A stretch of 64,000 nt of DNA from an uncultured delta proteobacterium (lineage in GTDB: Bacteria > Desulfobacterota > RBG-13-43-22), in assembly GCA_963790475.1 (NCBI GenBank), contig CAWBOS010000001.1, forward strand, positions 128,001 to 192,000, given 5' to 3'. Positions 42,342 to 52,368 of this stretch are shown in pieces. Position 1 is the first letter of the stretch. The number at the start of each line of letters is the position of its first letter. The notes beneath the pieces are model-generated. The model worked only from the letters and a program-made list of their open reading frames with translations, did no database searches and was not told the origin of the DNA. Position numbers and translations under genes: made by a program.

Positions 42342-43505
42342 ATGGATTTTAATTTTACCAACGAACAAATTGAATTACGCCGGAAAGCCAGGGAGTTTGC
42401 TGAAAAAGAAATCGGCCCTATGGCCCATGAACTGGACAGCACTAATGACGTCCCGGCCGAAGGTCTCAACCGTCTTAAAAAGTCCGGATTTTACGCCTAT
42501 GTTGTTCCAAAGGAATACGGCGGCAAAGGCGTATCCTCAATCAATCTGTGTATTCTTCGTGAAGAATTCGCTAAGGTTTCCTCCTTTCTGGATGAGGCTT
42601 TTGTCATGCAGGGTCTGGGAAGTTATCCCATTACTGTTAACGGAACCGAGGAACAGAAGAAAAAATACCTGACACCCCTGGTCGATGGTTCCCGGATGGC
42701 CAACTTCTGTCTCACCGAACGCAGTTCGGGTTCGGATGTGGCCGGTATCCAATCCACGGCCAGATTGGAAGGCGATCATTATGTCCTCAACGGCATTAAA
42801 TGCTATGTTTCCAGACCAGGCGACACGGACATCTCGACCGTTTTCGCCAAGACAGACCCCAAAGCCGGTGGAAAGGGCATATCGGCCTTCATTGTGGACC
42901 GGGCGATCTCGAAGTACCGGGCCGAAACCCGCAAGCTGATTGCCGAAGGGAATATCGGAGAAATCTTTATGGAAGACATGAAGGTCCCCAAGGAAAACCT
43001 TCTGGGTAAGGAGGGTGAAGGTATGCGCATTAGTCTGGGTAATCTGAGCATCTTTCGTCCGACCGTGGGCGCCGCCACACTCGGAATGGCCCACTGCGCT
43101 TTGTCCCTGGCCATAAATCATGCCAGACAGCGTGAAATGTTCGGCCAGAAGCTGGGTGATTTTCAGGTGACTCAGTTCAAGCTGGCGGAAATGAAAATAC
43201 AGCTCGACGCCGCTTCTCTGCTAATCTACCGGGCCGCCTGGCTGGCAGACAATCCCACGAGCGAAAGAACAACCCTGGAGGCCTCAGCCGCCAAATTCTA
43301 CGCCACTGAAATGGCGCACAAAATCGTTGACCAGTCGCTCCAGATCCACGGGGGCATCGGACTGCACAAGACCTCACGCATCGAACACCTTTATCGAGCC
43401 GTGCGTTCTCCTAGGATCTATGAAGGCGCATCCGAAATCCAGCTCCTGGTAGTGGGCCGGGAACTGATGAAACGGGAATACCTGACCAGCGACAATCGGC
43501 TGTAG
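42342..43505 (+). CDS. Acyl-CoA dehydrogenase
   Basis: LTERSSGSD, LNGIK, REMFG, QIHGGIG, IYEGASEIQ. Confidence 0.93.
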   Translation: MDFNFTNEQIELRRKAREFAEKEIGPMAHELDSTNDVPAEGLNRLKKSGFYAYVVPKEYGGKGVSSINLCILREEFAKVSSFLDEAFVMQGLGSYPITVNGTEEQKKKYLTPLVDGSRMANFCLTERSSGSDVAGIQSTARLEGDHYVLNGIKCYVSRPGDTDISTVFAKTDPKAGGKGISAFIVDRAISKYRAETRKLIAEGNIGEIFMEDMKVPKENLLGKEGEGMRISLGNLSIFRPTVGAATLGMAHCALSLAINHARQREMFGQKLGDFQVTQFKLAEMKIQLDAASLLIYRAAWLADNPTSERTTLEASAAKFYATEMAHKIVDQSLQIHGGIGLHKTSRIEHLYRAVRSPRIYEGASEIQLLVVGRELMKREYLTSDNRL

Positions 43506-43526
43506 AAATCATTGGGGTCATGCGCA

Positions 43527-44690
43527 ATGTTTAGCTTAAAAGATAAGGCCGCTATTGTCGGCATTGGAGAAACTGAATATTCCCGGGACGCCGGGGTGAG
43601 TGTTCTCAGCCTAAATCTGCAGGCGGCAAGACGTGCTGTAGAAGATGCCGGGCTTGCTATTAAAGATATTGACGGCCTCCTTCCCAGGGCGGATTTGGTG
43701 AAAACGGATGAGCTTCTCAGCAATTTCGGCATCAAAGACCTGAGATACTCGGTTATCATTCGAATGGGAGGGGCCAGCGCTACGGCCTCCCTGCAAAGTG
43801 CCGCCATGGCTGTAGCCAGCGGCGTGGCTAAAGTGGTACTGTGTGTGTTCGGCTGGAAGGCGGCTTCCGAAACCCGGTTTTCGCGCCGGCCCGTATCCTC
43901 ATCCGGAATATTACGCCAGAGGACGGTCCCCGGCAGTTTCGAGGACCCTTTCGGCAGTTTTGTCCCGGTGCAATATTATGCCCACATGGCCAAAAGGCAT
44001 ATGCATGAGTATGGTACCACCTCCCGTCAGTTCGGGGCAGTGGCTGTGGCCATGCGTAAGCATGCTATTCTCAATCCACAGGCTATCATGAGAAAGCCCA
44101 TGACTATTGAAGACCATCAAAACTCACGAATGATTTCCGAACCTTTCCGGCTTTTTGACTGCTGCCTGGAGAGCGATGGCGCAGCCGCGGTGGTGGTCAC
44201 TTCGGCGGAAAGGGCCTGCGACCTGAAGCAACGTCCTATCCATATTATGGGGGTGGCGGAGGGGCACCCTGATTCCCCTGATTATATTGCCGGACGACCG
44301 GTGCTTACCGAGGTGGGGCTGAAGAAGGCGGCTCCCAAGGCTTTCGCTATGGCCGGCATAACTCCCGGAGATATCGATGTGGCCCAAATTTATGATTGTT
44401 TCACCTATATTGTCATCGTTCAGCTGGAGGACCTGGGTTTCTGCAAGAAGGGGGAAGGGGGTCCTTTTGTGGAGAATGGAAGGATTGAGCTGGGGGGAGA
44501 GCTTCCGGTCAATACCCACGGCGGCCTCCTTTCCCAGGCGCACATCTCGGGTATGAACCATATCGTCGAGGCCGTGCGCCAGTTAAGAGGAGAGGGAGGA
44601 GCCGCCCAGGTAAAGGGCGCCAAAATTGGCCTGGTAACCGGTTATGGCGATTTTGGCGACGGCTCGATTGCTATTTTAAGAGGGGACTGA
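43527..44690 (+). CDS. Thiolase-fold lipid-transfer/Ltp2-like protein
   Basis: AIVGIGET, DCCLESDGA, YDCFT, NTHGGLLSQAH; no Cys at the N-terminal catalytic position (MGGAS). Confidence 0.88.
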   Translation: MFSLKDKAAIVGIGETEYSRDAGVSVLSLNLQAARRAVEDAGLAIKDIDGLLPRADLVKTDELLSNFGIKDLRYSVIIRMGGASATASLQSAAMAVASGVAKVVLCVFGWKAASETRFSRRPVSSSGILRQRTVPGSFEDPFGSFVPVQYYAHMAKRHMHEYGTTSRQFGAVAVAMRKHAILNPQAIMRKPMTIEDHQNSRMISEPFRLFDCCLESDGAAAVVVTSAERACDLKQRPIHIMGVAEGHPDSPDYIAGRPVLTEVGLKKAAPKAFAMAGITPGDIDVAQIYDCFTYIVIVQLEDLGFCKKGEGGPFVENGRIELGGELPVNTHGGLLSQAHISGMNHIVEAVRQLRGEGGAAQVKGAKIGLVTGYGDFGDGSIAILRGD

Positions 44691-44691
44691 T

Positions 44692-45099
44692 ATGACCGAA
44701 TACCAAAAACCGCTTCCTCTTCCTACCCAGGACACCAGGGAATTCTGGGAGGGATGCCGGCGCCACGAACTCCTTATTCAGAAATGCCGAAAATGCGGTG
44801 TCTTTCGCTTTTATCCCCGTCCCATGTGCCCCGAGTGTAATTCGATGGAATGCGAATGGATCAAGGCCGAAGGAAAAGGCCGGGTGTATTCCTGGACCGT
44901 GGCCGTTCGGCAGTTTCACCCTGCCTTTGAAGTCCCCTATGTTATTGCCATTGTGGAGCTGGAAGAGGGAGTGCGGATGACGACCAACGTCATAAACTGC
45001 AAACCTGAAGAACTCTTTGTGGGGATGCCGGCGGAGGTTGTCTTCGAGGATGTTACTGAGGAGACTACGTTACCCAAGTTTAGGCCGATAAAGGATTAA
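44692..45099 (+). CDS. Zn-ribbon OB-fold protein (DUF35)
   Basis: FWEG, CRKC..YPRPMCPEC, PYVIAIVELEEG, LPKFRP. Confidence 0.92.
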   Translation: MTEYQKPLPLPTQDTREFWEGCRRHELLIQKCRKCGVFRFYPRPMCPECNSMECEWIKAEGKGRVYSWTVAVRQFHPAFEVPYVIAIVELEEGVRMTTNVINCKPEELFVGMPAEVVFEDVTEETTLPKFRPIKD

Positions 45100-45249
45100 C
45101 TGGTAGCTCCTTTGAGCAACCTGTAATAAAAGAGTTTTTCAACAAACGGTTAATGACCTGCCCTTACAAGTTGTCATAGGGAGTCTCCGTTGACTTATGA
45201 AAACTCCTGTGGCCCGGAATTGGGATCGGGACACGATGGGAGGTGGGGC

Positions 45250-45945
45250 ATGATCGAAAAAGAGATCGGTTTTATCGCCGGTGATTCTTCGGGAAAAGTC
45301 AGCGCTATTTTTTTGTGTCCTGAAAAACCGCGCTGGCTACTGGTGCTTGCCCATGGCGCCGGCGCAGGCATACGGCAGGCCTTCATGTCCGGTATGGCGC
45401 GGCTTTTGGCCAAGCAGGGAATTGCCAGTTTCCGGTATCAGTTTCCTTATATGGAACAGGGGAAAAATGGACCCGACCCGCAGCCTGTTCTGCTCCGGAC
45501 CGTTCGCTCCGCTGGGGTGGCCGCACGAGAAATCGGAGGAGGTTTACCGATGCTGGCGGGGGGCAAATCATTGGGCGGACGCATGACCTCGACCGCCGCT
45601 TCCCAGGAGGCCCTGACCGGTGTAAAGGGACTGGTCTTCTTTGGATTTCCGCTCCATGCCCCGGGAAAACCCTCCAGCGAACGGGGTGAGCATTTGTTCA
45701 AAATCCCCCTGCCCATGCTTTTTCTGCAAGGGACGCGCGACACCCTGGCTGAACCGGCGCTGATGCGTCCTTTGTGCGCCCGGCTTCAAAGGGGGAGACC
45801 GGTCAGACTCCAGGTCATCGAGGGGGCCGATCATAGCTTCCATGTGCCGAAAAAATCAGGTAGGTCAGACGAAGAGATATTGGAAGAATTGGCCAGGATG
45901 GTCTCGGAATGGACCTCCGACCTGGATCCCGGCAGAACTCCATAG
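45250..45945 (+). CDS. Alpha/beta hydrolase
   Basis: LAHGAGAG, GGKSLGGR, GFPLHAPG, QGTRD, ADHSF. Confidence 0.9.
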   Translation: MIEKEIGFIAGDSSGKVSAIFLCPEKPRWLLVLAHGAGAGIRQAFMSGMARLLAKQGIASFRYQFPYMEQGKNGPDPQPVLLRTVRSAGVAAREIGGGLPMLAGGKSLGGRMTSTAASQEALTGVKGLVFFGFPLHAPGKPSSERGEHLFKIPLPMLFLQGTRDTLAEPALMRPLCARLQRGRPVRLQVIEGADHSFHVPKKSGRSDEEILEELARMVSEWTSDLDPGRTP

Positions 45946-45969
45946 AGGGATCGCCTTTTCAGACCGGCG

Positions 45970-46003
45970 TGGAGAATGAGGTCTGGGAGGCAAATTTTAA
46001 ACC
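45970..46003 (+). repeat. Repeat family A 5' stub
   Basis: TGGAGAATGAGGTCTGGGAGGCAAATTTTAAACC resembles 5595-5633. Confidence 0.6.
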
Positions 46004-46338
46004 TTGCCCTTTGCCCACCGTTAGGATGCCTTAAATTGGCCGGGGACCTTGTGCTCACCTATCCCCGACCAGGGCGAACCTATGAGCCGATATTACGGCT
46101 TCCATATAATGTCTCTCGGGATCTGGAAATACCGGCTTTATTTTAATAAAATACATAGTTCGCCTCATATCTTTTAAAAAACACATCCTTTATCTTAGAA
46201 ATTAAAACTCCCGGCACCAGGTGCGGAGAATAAGGGAGCAGGTATTCTTTTGGCTCAGTTTTTTTGTTGGCAACCTTTACCAAAGTAAACTCAAGGGAAT
46301 GATAATAGCCCCCATTTCTTAAATGAGAGACTTGCCAG

Positions 46339-48234
46339 ATGAGAGATAATGAAAAGACCAAAGACCAACTTATCAAGGAGCTAAATGATCTGCGATGGAG
46401 AGTTGTTGAACTGGAAAAGTCTGAAACCGAGCGCCGGCAGACCGAAGGGGATATTAAAAATTTAGCGAAGTTTCCCTCCGAAAACCCTAATCCTGTGCTA
46501 CGCGTAAATCAAGGGGGTATTGTCCTGTATGCGAACGAAGCCAGTAAAACCCTGTTCCGAGATCGGCAGTGTGAAGTGGGCGGCTATGCTCCTGCATTAT
46601 GGTGCAATTTATTTATTGATGCCTTCAAAGACCAGTCTCAGAGAACCGTTGATGTTCAATTGGGTGAGAAGTTTTATACGTTTGATATTACACCGATCCC
46701 CAATACTGACTATGCCAACCTTTATGGTCGTGACAACACCGAACGCAAACGAGCGGAAGATGAAAACAGGCGCAACGAGGCACGGCTGGAAAGCCTCCTG
46801 AAAATATCTCAGTATCGCGCCGACTCGACCCAAGAGCTTCTGGATTTTGCCCTGGAAGAGGCCATTGCCCTCACAAACAGCAAGATCGGCTATGTTTACT
46901 TCTATGACGAGACCAAGAAAGAGTTCATTCTCAACACTTGGTCCAAAGAAGTCATGAAGCAGTGTACCATTGCCGAGCCCCAGACTGTTTATCACCTTGA
47001 TAAGACCGGGATCTGGGGAGAGGCCGTGAGGCAGGCCAAACCGATCATTGTCAATGATTTCCAGGCGACCCATCCACTAAAAAAGGGATACCCTGAAGGC
47101 CATGCTCCCCTCTATAAGTATATGACCGTTCCCGTTTTTTCCGATGACCGCATCGTGGGAGTTGTAGGCGTGGCCAATAAGGAAACGGACTATGACTTCT
47201 CCGATGTGCGCCAACTCACCCTGCTCATGGACTCGGTCTGGAAAATATTCGAACGCAAGCAGACCGAGGAGGCACTGCGCGAAAGTGAGCAGCGCTACCG
47301 CAGTTTGTTTGAGTCGATGGACGAGGGATTCGCCCTTTGTGAGATGATCTATGACCTACAGGGCAAGCCGATAGACTTCCGTTACCTGGTCGTCAACCCC
47401 GCCTTCGGCAAACTGACGGGCCTGCCGGTTGATCAGCTCGTAGGGCGAACGGTGAAAGAAGTGATCCCAGGGATCGAGTCTTTCTGGATTGAGTCTTTCG
47501 ACAGTGTGGTGCAGAGCGGTCGGGATGAAAGGTTCAACAACCCCGTGGCGGAACTGGGGAAGGATTATGAAGCATACGCCTGGCGCTCGGATGTCGGACG
47601 ATTTGCGGTGGTCTTCAGCGACGTAACGGAGCGCAAACGGGCAGAGGAGACTCTCAAGGCCTTATCTCTCAAAGATGATCTGACCGGCTTATATAACCGC
47701 CGGGGTTTCTTTGCTTTGGCTGAGCAGGGATTGAAGGCGGCGCAACGGATGGGAAAGGAAATGTTACTTATTTATGGAGACTTGGACAATTTTAAGGGGA
47801 TAAATGATGCCATTGGTCACCAAGAAGGCGATCAGGCCTTGATTGATATATCCCATATCCTTAAAGAGACTTTTCGGGAATCAGATATTATCTCCCGCTT
47901 AGGGGGAGATGAATTTGTCATTCTGGCCATGAATAATATTGAGGACGCAGCTGAAATACTGATCAATCGTTTTGAGAAAGTTTTGAGTGACCACGATCTC
48001 CAAAGAAAACGCCCTTACAGGCTCTCCATGAGCCTGGGAATTGTCAATTTTGACCCACAAAGCCCTTGCTCCATCGATGACCTGCTTGCCCAGGCGGACA
48101 AGATGATGTATGAGAATAAACAAAAAAGACAAACCAAGAAAGATAGGATCAAAAAATGGCCCAACCTTTCTCAGGCACATTTCAAACAGCATGGATCGGG
48201 GTCAAATGGATTGTGGGCAAATCTTAAACCATGA
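46339..48234 (+). CDS. PAS/GAF/PAS diguanylate cyclase
   Basis: ENPNPV PAS, GAF, PAS, DDLTGLYNRR, RESD I-site, GGDEF; C-terminus reads into repeat A5. Confidence 0.93.
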   Translation: MRDNEKTKDQLIKELNDLRWRVVELEKSETERRQTEGDIKNLAKFPSENPNPVLRVNQGGIVLYANEASKTLFRDRQCEVGGYAPALWCNLFIDAFKDQSQRTVDVQLGEKFYTFDITPIPNTDYANLYGRDNTERKRAEDENRRNEARLESLLKISQYRADSTQELLDFALEEAIALTNSKIGYVYFYDETKKEFILNTWSKEVMKQCTIAEPQTVYHLDKTGIWGEAVRQAKPIIVNDFQATHPLKKGYPEGHAPLYKYMTVPVFSDDRIVGVVGVANKETDYDFSDVRQLTLLMDSVWKIFERKQTEEALRESEQRYRSLFESMDEGFALCEMIYDLQGKPIDFRYLVVNPAFGKLTGLPVDQLVGRTVKEVIPGIESFWIESFDSVVQSGRDERFNNPVAELGKDYEAYAWRSDVGRFAVVFSDVTERKRAEETLKALSLKDDLTGLYNRRGFFALAEQGLKAAQRMGKEMLLIYGDLDNFKGINDAIGHQEGDQALIDISHILKETFRESDIISRLGGDEFVILAMNNIEDAAEILINRFEKVLSDHDLQRKRPYRLSMSLGIVNFDPQSPCSIDDLLAQADKMMYENKQKRQTKKDRIKKWPNLSQAHFKQHGSGSNGLWANLKP

Positions 48235-48440
48235 CAATTTGAATTATTTATTCCGAGGCGTTGTTGAATTGGCATATCGCGCACCCCGTAGACCCCTGAA
48301 GCACTAAACCGACAGGCCAAAGAAGGTCTTTCGATTCCCGCCTGAATGGAGAAAGGTTCCCCATCTACTTCCTTGCCTTCCGCTCTGTTTTTCACCTTGA
48401 CGGTGTTCTTTTCATTCCCTATACTCTTCTCATCAAAAAA
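48198..48440 (+). repeat. Repeat family A copy 5 with promoter TTGACG(48397)-17-TATACT(48420)
   Basis: GGGGTCAAAT...GGGCAAATCTTAAACCATGACAATTTGAATTATTTA... Confidence 0.92.
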
Positions 48441-48655
48441 AAGGAATTTCTTATCATTCATATCTATGCCCAAAAAAAGAAACTATAAAAAACTATAGCC
48501 GTTTTATCAATAGCATCGTCACAATCGGATTGTGGTCAATATGACAGCTGGAATGGGCCGAGTTTTTCCAATTCAAACCTGTCTTTTGTTCCCGGCGAAG
48601 CGACGTCTGTTTCTTCTTTATCCACGGTCATTGCTTCTGAGTATGGAGGTGAGCT

Positions 48656-48784
48656 ATGGGTGCCGCCCTCGGATATTTTACGGCCAAGACCATTCTCCGA
48701 TTGCACGAAAAGAAGAGTAACTTTACCGTTGTCCCGATGACCGACGGTCAATATAGTGGCATTGGGTTTTCCGGGAATTTCTAA
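48656..48784 (+). pseudogene. 42-aa mini-ORF resembling the C-terminus of PAP2-family proteins
   Basis: GGAGGTGA RBS, then MGAALGYFTAKTILRLHEKK... Confidence 0.4.
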
Positions 48785-48820
48785 ACTGGCGACTCACGAT
48801 TAAAAAAAGGAGGTTTATTG

Positions 48821-49951
48821 ATGGGACCGCTCAAAGGAGTAAAGATAATTGAAGTGGGTGGGATCGGACCGGGACCTTTCTGCGCCATGATGCTCTCTGA
48901 TATGGGAGCAGATATCATTCGTGTGGACCGCAAGGGGGAGCCCGCCAGGTTCGAACCGGAATACGACACCCTGCATCGGGGCCGGCGATCCATCGGTGTT
49001 GATCTCAAGAAACCCGAAGGCGTTGAGCTTCTGCTCCGGTTAGTCGAAAAAGCCGACGCCCTCCAGGAAGGATTCCGGCCTGGCGTTATGGAAAAATTAG
49101 GGATTGGGCCTGAGGTCTGTTTAAAACGAAACCCTAAACTCGTGTACGGCCGAATGACAGGCTGGGGGCAAGAGGGACCCCTCTCCCAGGCCTCCGGGCA
49201 CGATATCAATTATATCGCTTTGACCGGCGCTCTTTACAGTATCGGTCGGCCCGATCAGAACCCGGTGCCGCCCTTGAACCTCATAGGTGATTTCGGCGGC
49301 GGTGGTATGTTGCTGGCCTTTGGTATGGCCTGCGCCCTTTTTGAGACCCAGAGATCAGGCAAGGGCCAGGTCATTGATGCCGCCATGGTGGATGGGTCTG
49401 CAGCCCTCATGACCATGTTCTATGGCCTGAGGGCCGCAGGTCTGTGGACCGATGAGCGCGGTTCTAACTTTCTGGACAGCGGGGCTCACTTTTATGACAC
49501 CTATGAAACCGCAGACGGTAAATGGATATCGGTCGGATCTATTGAACCCCAGTTCTATACCCTCATGCTCCAGCACTCAGGCATCGATGATCCTGAGTTC
49601 CAGGCCCAGAACGACAGGGCCAAGTGGCCTGAACTGAAGAAAAAGATTGCCGGGATATTCAAGACCAGGACGCGGGAGGAATGGTGCGAGATCATGCTGG
49701 GGACCGATGTCTGTTTCGGGCCTGTTCTAACTATGGGAGAGGCTTTGGGGCATCCCCATAACGTGGCCCGAAAGACATTCGTCGAGATTGAAGGGGTGCC
49801 GCAACCGGCCCCTGCGCCGCGTTTCAGCCGGACCAAACCGGAAATTCGGGGACCTGCCCTTGTGGGGCCTCAACACACGGAAACCGCTCTTCTGGACTGG
49901 GGTATTCCCAGGAACGACATCGAAAAACTAAAAGCCGCTGAGGTAATTTAA
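48821..49951 (+). CDS. CaiB/BaiF CoA-transferase III / alpha-methylacyl-CoA racemase
   Basis: [45 protein letters not shown]. Confidence 0.95.
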   Translation: MGPLKGVKIIEVGGIGPGPFCAMMLSDMGADIIRVDRKGEPARFEPEYDTLHRGRRSIGVDLKKPEGVELLLRLVEKADALQEGFRPGVMEKLGIGPEVCLKRNPKLVYGRMTGWGQEGPLSQASGHDINYIALTGALYSIGRPDQNPVPPLNLIGDFGGGGMLLAFGMACALFETQRSGKGQVIDAAMVDGSAALMTMFYGLRAAGLWTDERGSNFLDSGAHFYDTYETADGKWISVGSIEPQFYTLMLQHSGIDDPEFQAQNDRAKWPELKKKIAGIFKTRTREEWCEIMLGTDVCFGPVLTMGEALGHPHNVARKTFVEIEGVPQPAPAPRFSRTKPEIRGPALVGPQHTETALLDWGIPRNDIEKLKAAEVI

Positions 49952-49997
49952 AGAAAAGCATTTTTTATAAAAAAATAAATTAGAGCGAGGTTGTGAT

Positions 49998-50246
49998 ATG
50001 GCAGCATCATCAAGGAATCCTGCCGGGATCCATAGCCTGAAGCTGCTTGACCAGGCTTTTGAAGCCCTGCGAACTTTTCATCCCATGAACAGGGAAGAGG
50101 TCGCTTCCCTGCTGGCCAGAACGGCGGAAGCGGCCAAAGACGGGAAATATGAAATGTTTAAGACCAGCACGATGTATGATGCCACCGCGCGAGACCCGTC
50201 TATGATGGGGGAAGATTCGGAGCAGGTACGAAATATGTTCGGATAA
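49998..50246 (+). CDS. Hypothetical protein, possibly an oxidoreductase fragment
   Basis: 82-aa ORF with a GAGG RBS. Confidence 0.4.
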   Translation: MAASSRNPAGIHSLKLLDQAFEALRTFHPMNREEVASLLARTAEAAKDGKYEMFKTSTMYDATARDPSMMGEDSEQVRNMFG

Positions 50247-50355
50247 CAGGGTATTTTTGAAAGCGGCCTTCTAATGGGTTAGGCACTCCTGAGGCTGTTT
50301 AACCTTTCAGCATCTTTTTTTATTATCGTGTTCGAAACAGGAGAGTAGAATTTCT

Positions 50356-50384
50356 TTGACCAGCCCTGTTATTTTTCGTATACT
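50356..50384 (+). promoter_or_regulatory. Promoter module TTGACC-17-TATACT upstream of the GRE cluster
   Basis: Near-consensus hexamers with 17-bp spacing. Confidence 0.7.
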
Positions 50385-50497
50385 CTTATCCGGCAAAAGA
50401 AAACTTCTCCTATTGAAATGGCAGGGAAGACCAGAAGAAACGTTTGAGCTGATCTTCAACGTTCAATCGTATAATGATCAGCTTGGCAGGGGGGATT

Positions 50498-51501
50498 ATG
50501 GAATAAATAACGGGATTACCCTCGTTACCGGCGCGGCCGGATTCATGGGAAGTCACCTTGTTGAATTCCTTGCCCGAAAAGGGGTCCGTACCAGGGCTTC
50601 CGCCCGTCCGAGAAAGGACACCTCATTTTTTGACCGATTGGGCGTCGAATATGTGCCCGCCGACCTTACCAAGCCTGAAACGCTGTCCCGGCTCTTTGAT
50701 GGCGGCGTCGACCGGGTATTCCACCTGGGAGCGATCTGCAATTTCTCCACACCTTTTGAATCCCTCTATCCGACCAACGTTACCGGCGTTAAACTGATCA
50801 CCGAGCTTGCGCTGAAAAATGGGGTTAAGCGCTATGTTCATGTCGGTTCCACCAGCGTGTACGGGTATTACCAGGGTACGCCGTTCAAAGAAGACAGTCT
50901 CCGTGACCCGCAGGATTCCTACGGGAGGAGCAAACGTGACGGAGAAGACAGGGTCTGGTACCGCATCAAGGAAGGCCTCCCGGCCATCATAACGCGGCCG
51001 TGCACCGTGTACGGGACGCGCTGCAATGACGGTGCCGGCAAGGCTTTTTCGCGTCCCTCCAGCATCAGCGTGATCCCGGGAAACGGCAGGCAGCTTCTTT
51101 CCAACGTCCGGGCGGAAGACGTAGCAGCCGCCGTCTACCATCTCTCGCTCATCGATACCGCTGTCGGGCAGGCCTTTAATCTGGCCGAAGACACCCATCC
51201 GACCCTGGAGGAGGCGCTGGTGATGTCCTCCAGGGCTTTCGGTACCAGGCCGCCAAAATTACACCTGCCACTCTGGCTGGTGAAGGCCGTCGCCCGTGTG
51301 GACGGAGCGGTTTCGAAACGCAAAGGACGAATACCGGACCTGGAGCTGGACGCGGTAAAATATCTCTATGATGACTACATCGTGGATAACAGCAAACTGA
51401 AATCCACGGGATACCGGATGATCTATCCGGATTTCAGGGAATCCATGGAACAGATGGGCCAGTGGTATCGTGCGGGAGCGGGGCAGATCAAGTCAGCATG
51501 A
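50498..51501 (+). CDS. Extended SDR / NAD-dependent epimerase-dehydratase (probable indel just after ATG 50498)
   Basis: VTGAAGFMG, FHLGA, YGRSK, RPCTVYG; the RBS-preceded ATG is out of frame. Confidence 0.88.
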
Positions 51502-51520
51502 ATAAACGGGAGGTGCATTA

Positions 51521-52351
51521 ATGGGACAGATTGTGGTAATTACCGGTTGTGCGGATGGGATGGGGCGTCATGTCGCCGAAATGCTGGCCGCTGCAGGTCA
51601 TTCCGTGGCCGGCTTTGACGTCGATTCCCAGGGCATAGCCTCTCTGGAGAAGGCGCTAAAAGATATCGGTGGTGAGCATCTGCTGGAGACCATCGATATT
51701 ACCGACCGGCCGGCGGTCAAGAAATTTTGCGATCAGGTCCTGGCCCGGTACGGTCATGTCGATACGGTGCTTTCCAATGTGGGAATCGGATTCTTCAGTC
51801 CCTTTGAGGAAGTGAATCTCGAGAAAGCCCTCCAGTGCCTTGAAATTAACGTCATCGGGGCGGCAGCCATTTTTCAGGCTTTCATTCCGTCGATGCGCGA
51901 ACGGCGATCCGGTAAGCTGATCGCCATGTCGTCGCTGGTAGGGCGCATTCCTTTCCCATTTGAATCCATATATTCGGCGAGCAAATTCGCCGTCACAGGG
52001 ATGGTGCTCTCGCTCAAGTACGAGGTGGCTCCCTTCGGCATACAAGTGGCTCTCATAGAACCGGCACAGGTGTCCACGAGTTTTGCAGCTAAAATCCACG
52101 TCCTGCCGCCGGAAGATTCCGTCTACCGGGATCGGGCCCGACGGTTTATTGAGCGGGATAATGAACTCATCAAAACGGCGCCCACGCCTCCCTATGCGGC
52201 CCAGAAGATCATGAAAATCATCGAGGCGGAAAAGCCGTCCTTGTTCAATCAGATCGACTTCATGAGCACTTTTTTCCTGTGGCTCAACCAGTTCCTGCCG
52301 CGACGGATGAGGGACGCGATCCTGGTCAGCCACATGCATATTAAAGTTTGA
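51521..52351 (+). CDS. Classical SDR oxidoreductase
   Basis: ITGCADGMG, NVGIG, YSASK, IEP. Confidence 0.92.
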   Translation: MGQIVVITGCADGMGRHVAEMLAAAGHSVAGFDVDSQGIASLEKALKDIGGEHLLETIDITDRPAVKKFCDQVLARYGHVDTVLSNVGIGFFSPFEEVNLEKALQCLEINVIGAAAIFQAFIPSMRERRSGKLIAMSSLVGRIPFPFESIYSASKFAVTGMVLSLKYEVAPFGIQVALIEPAQVSTSFAAKIHVLPPEDSVYRDRARRFIERDNELIKTAPTPPYAAQKIMKIIEAEKPSLFNQIDFMSTFFLWLNQFLPRRMRDAILVSHMHIKV

Positions 52352-52368
52352 GCTACCGGAGGTATTCC

